Shown piece by piece: positions 50,057 through 59,732 of a stretch of DNA of 64,000 bases; position 1 is the stretch's first letter; the number at the start of each line of letters is the position of its first letter. The stretch is taken from positions 1-64,000 of the forward strand of contig CBEUCH010000014.1 of the NCBI GenBank assembly GCA_965541585.1, read 5' to 3'. This DNA comes from an uncultured bacterium. GTDB taxonomy: Bacteria; Zixibacteria; MSB-5A5; UBA10806. The notes below the pieces were generated by a model. The model had not been told where the DNA came from. It ran no database searches and saw only the letters and a program-made list of their open reading frames with translations. The translations under genes were made by a program, and so were the position numbers.

Positions 50057-51175
50057 ATGAGGCTAATCGCTATGACGTTGTTATTGATATTTCTGTTAGC
50101 GCCACCAATTTGTATTATGGCGCAGTCGAATCTTAGCGCAGATTTAGTAATGTCCAGTCAAAAGGATAATGGTCCACGGTCGGCCCTGACTTACTATGAC
50201 TATCCTCTCTATCGGCTCGGGGATTGTAATGGGGATGGTTGGTGTAACTATGGTGATCTTGTGACTCTTATCCGCGACTACCAGGGTTGGCCCCCGGAAC
50301 CGTGCATGCCGGCAGGGGACATTAATGACGATGGAGAAATGAATATCTTGGATATTATCGATCTCATCTTCTGGCTGAGGCAGTACCAGGGGAATAACCC
50401 ACCGGCCAATGAATGCCCATGGGAGGTTCCGGATGCTGAAACCGGCGGCGGCTTATGTATAGATAATTGCATTGGCGATCCGGGGGAGACCGTTTATATA
50501 GGCGTCTATGTTCAAACCTCCTTAATGAATTGCTTTCATTTTTCATTGGCTTACGACAATGAAAATGTTGAGAATATATTCTTTGGCGATGTAAATCCCA
50601 TTTTCTATGATGTTTCCTGGTCAGACTGGGCAATCATAAGGGAGAATATGCCGCCTGGAAATGATGATACTCTAAACACAGTAACTCTTGCCCTGTTCGG
50701 TGGTGACGAAGCCGGTAATATTTTTTCTCCGATTGAACTTCCCGAGTTGACGTGGGCATTTGACATCGGCGTGACAATTTCTCCCGGCTCTCAGGGAGGT
50801 TATCATCCCCTTCTTCTGGAGGCCGACCCTTATTTCGGACCGCCGATGTTTCACGCGGAATTCGGTTGGGATTGGTATGAATTTCCCGCAGTCACCGATA
50901 ATTGCATATATATACCCGGCGATTGTGATCATAACGGAACAGCATTGGAACTGGTAGATGTGGTAGCCATGGTCGGGATGTACAGGGGCACCATCGAAGC
51001 TGACTATACATGCGCCTGTGGAGTTCGGGGATGCAGTTTTTCTCCGCAGGCCGATCCAAATGGCAATTGTATATCTTTTGAACTTACTGACGTTGTTATC
51101 GAGATAGGTGCCTACAGGAATGATCCGCCTGGTACAGTTGCCCAGGGTTGTCCTGACTGTCCGGGGTCCCGCTGA
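50057..51175 (+). CDS. Secreted protein with dockerin-like, cohesin-like and second dockerin-like domains
   Basis: Signal peptide; GDCNGDG..NYGD and GDINDDG..NILD; GDPGETVYIGVYV...LAYD; C-terminal GDCDHNG and ADPNGNC. Confidence 0.7.
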   Translation: MRLIAMTLLLIFLLAPPICIMAQSNLSADLVMSSQKDNGPRSALTYYDYPLYRLGDCNGDGWCNYGDLVTLIRDYQGWPPEPCMPAGDINDDGEMNILDIIDLIFWLRQYQGNNPPANECPWEVPDAETGGGLCIDNCIGDPGETVYIGVYVQTSLMNCFHFSLAYDNENVENIFFGDVNPIFYDVSWSDWAIIRENMPPGNDDTLNTVTLALFGGDEAGNIFSPIELPELTWAFDIGVTISPGSQGGYHPLLLEADPYFGPPMFHAEFGWDWYEFPAVTDNCIYIPGDCDHNGTALELVDVVAMVGMYRGTIEADYTCACGVRGCSFSPQADPNGNCISFELTDVVIEIGAYRNDPPGTVAQGCPDCPGSR

Positions 51176-51552
51176 TTGATCCCGGATGAAGGTGATTATC
51201 CATTGGCAGTGCCATCTTCCAAATCAAATGCCAGGATTGGCATCAAAAAACTTCCGGACTAAAGCGATTGACTGATAGTAAGCAAAGATAAAAGAGGCTG
51301 CCATCACGATCGCCCCTTTTCTCACTCTACTTTCAAAGGCGCATTTTCCATCTATTCTCAGAAATCAGAAGTCTCGAGATCCGAACCGCCGTATCCCGCA
51401 TTTTAGGGCTTGACTGTACAGAATAATTGTTGGATCATGTGAGACCACCGTGTGCGTGATGAGATGGTTGTTCCCAGCATTCAATGGTAGATTTTATTTT
51501 TAATTTTTAAAACATGGCAAATATCGGTTACCGAACCCAATAATAATGGAGG

Positions 51553-51939
51553 ATGGATATGAAAAACGTGGGTAAAATAGTGCTGTACGGTTTCTTGTTA
51601 TGGCTAATACCGTTCTTGGTTTCGTTTCCGATTTTTACATTACGTGAATCCAACCGGGCGCTTTTCGAATCTATTATGCCGGTAGTGGTGACGATCGCGG
51701 TTGTGGTTCTGGCCATCCTGTATATCCGGAAGAGGGAAACGTTCTCCGCTGGCGACGGATTACAGATAGGAATAATCTGGCTTATAATATGTATCCTGAT
51801 AGATCTGCCATTGTTCATTTTTGGGGGGCCGATGAAGATGTCGTTGGGGCAGTATATGGCGGATATAGGGCTGACCTATGTCATCATCCCGACGGTGACG
51901 GTCGGGTATGGATATCTCATGGGGATCAGAAGACAATAG
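51553..51939 (+). CDS. Small 4-TM membrane protein
   Basis: Four hydrophobic segments; GGAGG RBS (start 51553 or 51559). Confidence 0.75.
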   Translation: MDMKNVGKIVLYGFLLWLIPFLVSFPIFTLRESNRALFESIMPVVVTIAVVVLAILYIRKRETFSAGDGLQIGIIWLIICILIDLPLFIFGGPMKMSLGQYMADIGLTYVIIPTVTVGYGYLMGIRRQ

Positions 51940-52087
51940 AAAAGGCGAGGAAACATCAGAATTTACCAATGGATTGGCAACGGTATAAGAAATTTTCCCG
52001 AATCCGCAACCCTGTTCGATTTCAAGGGTATAATAAAATATTGATGAGGGGTTGTTATCATTTCCTAAAAATAGATCGGCGGGCGAA

Positions 52088-52999
52088 ATGTATCGATTAA
52101 ATTCCAAGAGGGTGATATTATCATCTTTGACCGCTCTTTCGATGAGCTTTTTATTTTCGTTGACAGCTTTCGCACAGGAAGAAGCGGATAGATTTTCGCA
52201 TCTGATTATTCCGGACGAGAATTCGGTACAGATTCTTACTCTTGAGGATGGATCGACCATCCTGGGGAGGATTACCGAGATCAGGGCAAGAGAAATAGTG
52301 TTTAAAAGCGATATAGGCGATTTAAGCATAGACAGGGCGAAAATCTCGGATATAGTGCTAGTTTCAGCAAGCTCCATCAGGCATGGCAGTCACTGGTTCG
52401 AAAATCCCAATTCCACCCGGCTGTTTTTCGGACCGACAGCGCGGATGTTGAAGAAAGGCAGGGGGTATTTTTCGGATTATTATATTTTCTTTCCAGGCAT
52501 CGCTGTTGGAATAACCGATAATCTCAATATTGGTGGGGGGATGTCACTGTTTCCGAGAATGGATCTCCTGGACCAGGTTTACTACATAGCGCCTAAGGTT
52601 GGCGTCAAAGCGTCCCGTTACTCCAATCTTGCCGCCGGGGCATTGATAATAGCGTTGCCCCGGGAAGATAACGAGAGCCGCACCGTGGGGGTATTATACG
52701 GTGTCGGCACATTCGGCGGTGTCGATGCCAGCCTGACCACAGGCCTGGGGTATGGAGTCGTGGATAACCATATCGCGGATAAGCCAATGTTCATGATAGG
52801 CGGGGAGAAGAGGCTATCGAGCCGGGTTTCATTTGTCACTGAAAACTGGATTTTACCCGGAGTCGACTGGCCGATTATATCGTATGGACTGCGTTTCATG
52901 GGCCCCAGCTCGAGTTTTGATTTAGCCTTGATCAGTGTGCTGGGAAAAGGCGAGCCCCTGCCGGTTCTACCGTATGTCGATTTCGTGATTAATTTTTAG
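52088..52999 (+). CDS. Secreted protein, probably an outer-membrane beta-barrel
   Basis: Signal peptide ending AFA, an LEDGSTILG small domain, alternating beta-strand pattern and C-terminal YVDFVINF. Confidence 0.6.
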   Translation: MYRLNSKRVILSSLTALSMSFLFSLTAFAQEEADRFSHLIIPDENSVQILTLEDGSTILGRITEIRAREIVFKSDIGDLSIDRAKISDIVLVSASSIRHGSHWFENPNSTRLFFGPTARMLKKGRGYFSDYYIFFPGIAVGITDNLNIGGGMSLFPRMDLLDQVYYIAPKVGVKASRYSNLAAGALIIALPREDNESRTVGVLYGVGTFGGVDASLTTGLGYGVVDNHIADKPMFMIGGEKRLSSRVSFVTENWILPGVDWPIISYGLRFMGPSSSFDLALISVLGKGEPLPVLPYVDFVINF

Positions 53000-53115
53000 A
53001 TCCGGCAAATCAGATCGCATGATTTTCAGATCCCATGACACCCAAAATCTCATTTATCGCGCCGATTCGCTGAAACCGGGCGCTTCTATTTTGAGTATAT
53101 TCCATTGGGATTGGA

Positions 53116-53144
53116 TTGACGGATATACAGCCGATCATTATATT
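53116..53144 (+). promoter_or_regulatory. ssrA promoter
   Basis: TTGACG-N17-TATATT. Confidence 0.65.
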
Positions 53145-53170
53145 GAATCGGAGTTGTTCTTTGATAACAT

Positions 53171-53525
53171 GGGGGCGACAGGTTTCGACGGGATGACTGA
53201 TGTCTGACCTGCGCGTCGAGGTCCCGGTAACCTCGTAAAACAATCGGGAAACCTTACAAGTGCCGACGATTATTCGTACGCACTGGCTGCCTAAGACACT
53301 GGCGGCTCGTTCTACCTGGATTTGCTTATCGGTCCGGGATAGAGCGTCGATTAGATAAGATAGCGGCATAAACCGTCCCCGATTATGTCGCGAAACAAAA
53401 GGGGGCTGGACGGGAGGAAAGCCCGGCGATCGGCGTTTCTCCTGTTGAGATTAAATATTCGCCTACGCGCGTAGACGGTTATTCGGAGGCATTTTCGGAC
53501 GGGGGTTCGATTCCCCCCGCCTCCA
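53171..53525 (+). ncRNA. ssrA: tmRNA; tag reading frame ADDYSYALAA* at 53262-53294
   Basis: 5' GGGGGCGACAGGTTTCGACGGG; 3' GGGGGTTCGATTCCCCCCGCCTCCA; acceptor GGGGGCG/CGCCTCC; tag ends ALAA. Confidence 0.95.
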
Positions 53526-53543
53526 TTAATTTGTCTTGACAAT

Positions 53544-53804
53544 ATGATTTATCTTTATGTATTACAGGGCGAAAAGGGTAAGCGCTATGTTGGTATTACC
53601 AACAACTTAGAACGCCGTTTATCTGAACATCGTAGCGGAAAAACTAAGGGCGGACAAATCATAGGTAAGTTTAAACTACTGCACATTGAGAAATTTGAAG
53701 ATTATAAAGAAGCTCGGAAACGCGAGGTATTCCTTAAATCAGGAGTTGGCCGTGAGTGGTTAAATCAAGAATTTCCTCGGACGGGGTCCGCCGAAGGCGG
53801 ATAA
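53544..53804 (+). CDS. Small GIY-YIG nuclease
   Basis: YLYVL, RYVGITNNLERRLSEH and EARKREVFLKSGVGR motifs. Its stop codon lies inside the hairpin insert of the downstream repeat. Confidence 0.9.
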   Translation: MIYLYVLQGEKGKRYVGITNNLERRLSEHRSGKTKGGQIIGKFKLLHIEKFEDYKEARKREVFLKSGVGREWLNQEFPRTGSAEGG

Positions 53805-53848
53805 AGCTTGGTCGCCTCCGGCGACTTCGATTCCCCCCGCCTCCACCA
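53777..53848 (+). repeat. ssrA 3'-end copy 1 with 39-nt double-hairpin insert
   Basis: TCGGACGGGG[TCCGCCGAAGGCGGA TAAAGCTTG GTCGCCTCCGGCGAC]TTCGATTCCCCCCGCCTCCACCA. Confidence 0.92.
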
Positions 53849-54187
53849 ATTGCAAGTGCCTATGTTACAACAGGATATAGAAACAACTGGCAGAGCATTA
53901 TTGCCGTGATCCCCCACCTATCATCCAATAACTTTTATGACTAAGAATAACCTAAGACCGTTTTGGGCACGATTTGGCCGCACTCTATTTTGCCGATTAT
54001 GAAACCTAATTAATACTATATTGGAAATAAAGATGCATTTTACGATTTCTTGTTGTATATATAAAAAGTAATTAGATATTAGAAATATGAAAAGTAAAAG
54101 ACTTTACCACAGAATTGATGAGGTCTGGCAGGTGCGAGCGATGACGAGGAAGCAACTCGAGGAGAAGAAATAGGGATACTTTAACTC

Positions 54188-55198
54188 ATGACTCCCAATG
54201 ATAAGGCATCGCTCAGCGAAGAGGCTATAGAAAGGCAATATCCTGATATCTATAATTCTCTTATGCCGCTCCTTCGTAGGTCCCAGCCGGGTTCACTAGA
54301 CGCGTACTTGGAAACGGTTGCCTGCGACGTGAATATTGAGCAAACTCAAACTAATGCTCATTGTAGATTCATTGCTTTGGATGGAAACAAGAGAGCACGG
54401 GTTAAGGATTTTGTACGATTCATTGGAAAAAAAATTACAGATTTTGCGATTCCGCGTGGTGAGATAAACCGTGCTTTGAACGAAGGAGCAAAAACAAGTT
54501 CAACAGCCCCAGTAGATAAACTTAGTAAAAAAGCAAGGAACCTTTTTACTCGTTTGCCTAAAAGTGGTGAAGGAGGAGAGGTTCTGCTTTCAATCTTAGC
54601 CGAAACCATCCTTCGCCTGCCTCAGCTGTTTACAAAAATGGTTTTAAAAACCAATGCCAATATGCATGTTCACGGAAGTGATGCCATTCACTTCGGGATT
54701 AACCAATCGAATGGTAGTCTTGCACTGTATTGGGGAGAGTCAAAACTTTATGCAGATGCGGGCGCGGCTATTAGAGAATGTTTTACTAGTCTTGCACCAT
54801 TCCTGTTGGGCGCAGGTGGCAGCGGGGCGGCGCAGGAACGCGACCTGCAACTCATGCGTGATGGGATCGATCTAGATGACATCAAACTTGAAAATGCGCT
54901 GAAACAATACCTCGATCCGGACAGCACCATGTTTAAACAGTTTGAATACCGGGGTCTATGCCTTGTTGGATTTAACTCGGAGGCTTATCCAACATCACCA
55001 AACTCACCGGAGGCAAATCAATTAAAACAAAAGATCGAAACGACCTTTGACAATTGCAAAAACCAAATCCAGAATCGTGTATTAGCAGAGAGAATAGAAA
55101 CTTTCACGATTGAATTATTCTGTGTTCCCTTCCCAAAGGTTGACGATTTCCGAAGTGCCTTCCGTGAAGAATTGGGGTTGCCGGATGGGCAAAGCTGA
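54188..55198 (+). CDS. hamA: Hachiman HamA (DUF1837) nuclease
   Basis: KSGEGGEVLL, KMVLKT, HGSDAIH and WGESKLY motifs. Overlaps a helicase gene. Confidence 0.85.
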   Translation: MTPNDKASLSEEAIERQYPDIYNSLMPLLRRSQPGSLDAYLETVACDVNIEQTQTNAHCRFIALDGNKRARVKDFVRFIGKKITDFAIPRGEINRALNEGAKTSSTAPVDKLSKKARNLFTRLPKSGEGGEVLLSILAETILRLPQLFTKMVLKTNANMHVHGSDAIHFGINQSNGSLALYWGESKLYADAGAAIRECFTSLAPFLLGAGGSGAAQERDLQLMRDGIDLDDIKLENALKQYLDPDSTMFKQFEYRGLCLVGFNSEAYPTSPNSPEANQLKQKIETTFDNCKNQIQNRVLAERIETFTIELFCVPFPKVDDFRSAFREELGLPDGQS

Positions 55199-57788
55199 TT
55201 TCCAAGACTGGCTTCTTCAAAATTCGGGTTTTCAAAATCAATATCATCTTTTGATCATCGACTCTGTTGCTAGCCAATTTCCCAACCTGAAACGAAATGA
55301 TCATTATGACCAGACAAAGCATGACTGGAATTATTTGTTGTTATGTGCCAGTTTACTTGCGCAGTCGGAAACTGAGAAGTGTCAAAGTGCTGCCCTTCGA
55401 ATCTCTCAGTATTGCTTGGAATGTGCAAGTACGTCAGAGGTAGAAAAAGATGCAGCAGCAGTTGTCTTAGATACTCTGGCGAACCGCCCAGCGATTAAAT
55501 TAGCAGAAGAGCGAGAGCTTATCCAGCCGGGCTATTCGGATAGAATACCGTTCCCTCTTTTCCAGGAATGGACCCGCCATTCTATTGAGAATTCAATCAC
55601 GTTATCTAATGCCGAAACCATACGGGCGAACAAGTTTCAATGCAGGTTTTGGGAAAGCGTCAAACGCTATGATCGGATCAGCATTTCAGCTCCTACATCT
55701 GCCGGCAAATCATTCATAATTGGACGTTGGTTGGCTGAATACCTGCGAAAGAATCAAAGGGCATCAATTATTTATATTGTGCCAACACGCGCACTTATAC
55801 AGCAAGTCCAGCGAGATATAAGGGACGTACTCAAATGTGAAGTTATCGAAAACGTAGAGGTTACCACTCTACCACTGAGAGCATCTTTTAAGGCTGACAG
55901 GGCAAACATATTTGTTTTCACCCAAGAACGGTTTCATATCCTCCTTGCAGCGTTCAACAATAATGTGCCAGTAGATCTGTTGATAATTGATGAAGCTCAG
56001 AAGATAGGAGATAATTATCGGGGCGTATTATTGCAACAGGCCATTGAAGCCATCTCTCAAAGAAGACCAGCAGCTAATTTCCTCTTTTCCAGCCCAATGA
56101 CGGATAATCCAAAAGTGTTGCTTGAAGATGCCCCTGATGGAGTTTCTCAAGACGCCATCGTAAGTGAAGATACTACAGTCAACCAGAATCTTATTTGGGC
56201 GTCGCAGGTCCCAAGGAAACCTTGTACTTGGAGTGTTGATTTGATTCTACAAGAAGACGCTGTCGAAATAGGTAAAATAGAACTTTCGACAAGTCCGACA
56301 CATACAAGTAAACGTTTGCCGTTCGTTGCGTTCTCTTTAGGCAACTCAAAAGGGGGAAACATTATTTACGTCAACGGCGCTGCCGATGCGGAGAAGACCG
56401 CCAAGCAACTCTATGATTTGATCGGAAATGATTCGAACACACCGGGAGATACGGAATTATGCGATCTCATCGAACTAATTCGCAAGACTATTCATCGACA
56501 CTATTCACTTGGAAACGTCATCAGTCGAGGGGTTGCTTTTCACTATGGTAATATGCCGCTCCTTGTCCGGACAGAAATTGAAAGATTGTTCCGTGCCAAC
56601 AAGATTAAATACCTGGTATGTACATCAACACTGATTGAAGGCATGAATATGCCGTGCCAAAGCATATTCGTCCGAGGGCCAACGAAAGGGAAAGGAAATC
56701 CTATGACATCAAGTGATTTCTGGAATCTTGCCGGACGCGCCGGACGATGGGGCAAAGAATTTCAGGGTAATATTGTTTGTGTCGATCCTCGGAAAGACAA
56801 TGTATGGAAGAATGGTGCCCCAAAGGGGCGAACGAGGTTCAGGATAAATAGAACAGCGGATGACGTCCTTTTAAATCAGGAGGAGAAGCTACTCAAATTT
56901 ATTGATACTGGCACACCACGAAATGAAGCACGTAAGGACCCAAATTTGGAGTATGTATTTTCCTTCCTTGTCTCATCATACATACGCAACAACGGTATTG
57001 TAACTGCACCCTGGGCAAAACGTTATCCTGAAGAGTTTGTTAATAAGCTGGAAGCAAAAATCAAAAGTATAATTGAGAGTATTGCTATACCAGAAGAAGT
57101 CATCCTGCGGAATCCGGGCATTAGCCCAATCGCAATGAATGATCTTCTTGGATATTTCCATGAGCGGACAGCTAATCGTAATGAACCTGTTGAAACGCTG
57201 ATTCCCGTTCGGGCAGAGAGTGATGATGCATTCGATGAATATGCAAAGATTCTTAACCGAATCAACAAGTGTCTAGGATACGAGTTTGGCAGTGGAAAAC
57301 GAGTGCGGCAACTTGCTTTATTGATCGTTGACTGGATGAAAGGCTATCCATTGGCACGGATTATATCTAGCCGTGAAAGCTATTATGGCTCCAGCGATTT
57401 GCCAGCATTGATAAGGAATACCATGAATGATGTGGAAGAATATGCACGTTTTCATGCGCCAAAGTATCTTGCATGCTATGTGGATATTCTAAAGGTGCAT
57501 TTAGCCAAAAATGAGCGCCATGATCTTATTGAAAGCTTGCTGGAGCTTAATGTTCTCCTTGAGTTTGGCGTTTCACATAAGACTCAGCTTTCACTTATGG
57601 GATTAGGGCTGAGTCGGACGAGCGTTATTACAATATCAGAGTTCATCGCTGAAGACTCACTAAATGAATCTGAATGTTTGCAGTGGTTAAAAGAAAATGA
57701 TTGGATGACACAAGATATGCCTGAAATCATCAAACGAGAAGTAGGAAATCTACTAACGAGCCGCCAAGAGGTAGGCACAGAGGAATAG
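55185..57788 (+). CDS. hamB: Hachiman HamB Ski2-like SF2 helicase
   Basis: ATG 55185; SAPTSAGKS, DEAQ, GVAFHYG, TSTLIEGMNMP and NLAGRAGR motifs. Confidence 0.85.
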   Translation: MGKADFQDWLLQNSGFQNQYHLLIIDSVASQFPNLKRNDHYDQTKHDWNYLLLCASLLAQSETEKCQSAALRISQYCLECASTSEVEKDAAAVVLDTLANRPAIKLAEERELIQPGYSDRIPFPLFQEWTRHSIENSITLSNAETIRANKFQCRFWESVKRYDRISISAPTSAGKSFIIGRWLAEYLRKNQRASIIYIVPTRALIQQVQRDIRDVLKCEVIENVEVTTLPLRASFKADRANIFVFTQERFHILLAAFNNNVPVDLLIIDEAQKIGDNYRGVLLQQAIEAISQRRPAANFLFSSPMTDNPKVLLEDAPDGVSQDAIVSEDTTVNQNLIWASQVPRKPCTWSVDLILQEDAVEIGKIELSTSPTHTSKRLPFVAFSLGNSKGGNIIYVNGAADAEKTAKQLYDLIGNDSNTPGDTELCDLIELIRKTIHRHYSLGNVISRGVAFHYGNMPLLVRTEIERLFRANKIKYLVCTSTLIEGMNMPCQSIFVRGPTKGKGNPMTSSDFWNLAGRAGRWGKEFQGNIVCVDPRKDNVWKNGAPKGRTRFRINRTADDVLLNQEEKLLKFIDTGTPRNEARKDPNLEYVFSFLVSSYIRNNGIVTAPWAKRYPEEFVNKLEAKIKSIIESIAIPEEVILRNPGISPIAMNDLLGYFHERTANRNEPVETLIPVRAESDDAFDEYAKILNRINKCLGYEFGSGKRVRQLALLIVDWMKGYPLARIISSRESYYGSSDLPALIRNTMNDVEEYARFHAPKYLACYVDILKVHLAKNERHDLIESLLELNVLLEFGVSHKTQLSLMGLGLSRTSVITISEFIAEDSLNESECLQWLKENDWMTQDMPEIIKREVGNLLTSRQEVGTEE

Positions 57789-57830
57789 TTGAAAGGCAAA
57801 GTGTAAGAGCTCGGTGTGCTTTGGTTATTT

Positions 57831-57927
57831 GCGCGTAGACTGTTATTCGGAGGCATTTTCGGACGGGGTCCGCCGAAGGCGGATAAAGCTTGGTCGCCTC
57901 CGGCGACTTCGATTCCCCCCGCCTCCA
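57831..57927 (+). repeat. ssrA 3'-end copy 2 with the same 39-nt insert
   Basis: Matches ssrA from 53467 with one mismatch, then the insert (57869-57907), then TTCGATTCCCCCCGCCTCCA. Confidence 0.92.
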
Positions 57928-58179
57928 GTAAAGTATCTTATTGCATAGTAACGGGCTATACCCGGACGGGGGATCCGTACCCCGAATTTTGAGGTTTTTT
58001 CCCCCTTTAATCCTCAATAACTTAAAATAACTTGAAACCTAAATAGTCACAATTTCGTAAAAAAATAAGGTCGGGCCGAAGAAAGAGATTTGCTATTCCT
58101 ACAGAAATTGGCCCTGTCAAATAGTACTTAGCAAATCAGAGGTGACAACCTGAAGAATGAAAGAAAGGCGGAAAAAGCA

Positions 58180-58551
58180 ATGAAATTAATGACAAAGTCG
58201 ATTTTGACTTTAACAGCAATGGCTCTCATCTTTACAATCTTCTCATGCGCTTCTGCCAAGTTCATCTCTACCGGATCATCATATTCTCCCCGAGCTGATG
58301 ACTGTCCAATCGAGGTTTTTAGCTCGAAGCTGCCCGACCAAGAGTATGAGGAACTAGGCGTCATCGAGGGCGAGGGATCCTTAGGTTTCGATACCTTGGA
58401 GAAGGTTCTGCCCAAAATGAAGCGAGAGGCATGTAAGGCGGGAGGGGACGCCATCATCCTCATGTCCAGTCAGAAGTCCGTAGACATCTACAAGGACGGC
58501 AGCGATGATCAACTCAACGTCATGGCTACTGTAGTTCGGTGGAAGGAATAG
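58180..58551 (+). CDS. Small lipoprotein, YbjQ-like fold
   Basis: Leader ending FSC; YEELGVIE...KREACKAGGDAII. Confidence 0.7.
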   Translation: MKLMTKSILTLTAMALIFTIFSCASAKFISTGSSYSPRADDCPIEVFSSKLPDQEYEELGVIEGEGSLGFDTLEKVLPKMKREACKAGGDAIILMSSQKSVDIYKDGSDDQLNVMATVVRWKE

Positions 58552-58742
58552 ATGCGGTCAGGTTCTGGCGGGGTTGGCTGCATCTTTCTAATTTTCCTAT
58601 ATCCCCTCATAACTTAGAATAACAGAAAACCTATATTGTCCCAATTTGAAGAAACCGGATTTAGCTTGTAATTATCAAAACCGTCTCTTAAGATTTTAAC
58701 GGTTCTGTTAAAAAGGTTCTGACGACGTACAAGGAAATTCAA

Positions 58743-59732
58743 ATGAAAGCGATTGTATACACAAAATACGGACCACCTGATGTTCTTCAGCTCAAGGAGG
58801 TAGAAAAACCTACTCCTAAGGACGATGAAGTCTTGATAAAGGTTCATGCGGCGTCCGCAAATGCATATGACTGGCATATGCTGAGAGCTGACCCGTTCTT
58901 GGTCCGCCTAATGGGCGGGGGGCTACTAAAACCAAAACACAAGATACTCGGAGTTGACGTAGCAGGGCGGGTTGAAGCGGTTGGCAGAAACGTAAAGCAT
59001 TTTCAGCCAGGTGATGAGGTATTCGGAGACGTATCCGGGTGTGGTTGCGGCGGTTTTGCCGAGTATGTATGTGCTCGCGAAAATGCATTGGCGTTGAAAC
59101 CGGCCAGTATGTCATTCGACGGAGCAGCGGTGGTGCCTTTGGCGGCAATCACCGCCCTGCAGGGTCTTCGCGATAAAGGACAGATTCAGCCAGGGCAGAA
59201 AGTTTTGATTAATGGTGCGTCTGGTGGCGTGGGTACGTTTGCGGTGCAGATTGCCAAATCGTTCGGGGCTGAAGTCACTGCCGTATGCAGCATGAGGAAT
59301 TTGGACATGGCACGCTCGATTGGTGCAGACCAGGTCATTGATTACACTCAAGAAGATTTCACCAAAAGCAGGCAGCGTTATGACCTGATTCTTGCTGCTA
59401 ACGGATATCATCCGATTTTAGATTACAAGCGTGCATTAAGTCCCAGGGGGATTTATGTCATGGCCGGAGGTTCCATGGCTCAATTCTACCAGGCTATGCT
59501 CCTGGGACCATGGATTTCAATGACAGGGAGTAAGAAAATGGGTTTCTTTGTGATGAAACCAAACAAAAAGGATTTGGTTTTTATGACAGAGCTTCTTGAA
59601 GCTGGCAAAGTAAAACCTGTTATAGATAGACGTTACAAGTTAAGTGAGGTTCCTGAAGCTATCCGGTATCTTGAAGAAGGACACGCCCGAGGAAAAGTAG
59701 TCATAAATTTGGAACATAATAATAAAACCTGA
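58743..59732 (+). CDS. NAD(P)-dependent MDR-family oxidoreductase
   Basis: MKAIVYTKYGPPDVL, NGASGGVG and HARGKVV motifs. Confidence 0.92.
   Translation: MKAIVYTKYGPPDVLQLKEVEKPTPKDDEVLIKVHAASANAYDWHMLRADPFLVRLMGGGLLKPKHKILGVDVAGRVEAVGRNVKHFQPGDEVFGDVSGCGCGGFAEYVCARENALALKPASMSFDGAAVVPLAAITALQGLRDKGQIQPGQKVLINGASGGVGTFAVQIAKSFGAEVTAVCSMRNLDMARSIGADQVIDYTQEDFTKSRQRYDLILAANGYHPILDYKRALSPRGIYVMAGGSMAQFYQAMLLGPWISMTGSKKMGFFVMKPNKKDLVFMTELLEAGKVKPVIDRRYKLSEVPEAIRYLEEGHARGKVVINLEHNNKT

Larger units (their letters stand above)
53846..57858. mobile_element. ssrA-associated islet carrying Hachiman, no integrase
   Basis: Bounded by a 69-bp exact direct repeat (53777-53845 and 57859-57927). AT-richer interior. 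Confidence 0.7.

Noticed and set aside
51173..51175. TGA as selenocysteine
   Set aside because: Not in a redox motif, and no evident SECIS hairpin.
53010..53542. ORFs 53010-53369, 53019-53207 and 53351-53542
   Set aside because: They overlap tmRNA. The similarity of 53351-53542 to ORF 57730-58017 only reflects the duplicated ssrA end.
53777..53848. ssrA copies as extra tRNA genes or an intron-containing tmRNA
   Set aside because: They lack 5' halves, the intact ssrA is uninterrupted, and the 39-nt insert has no group I/II intron features.
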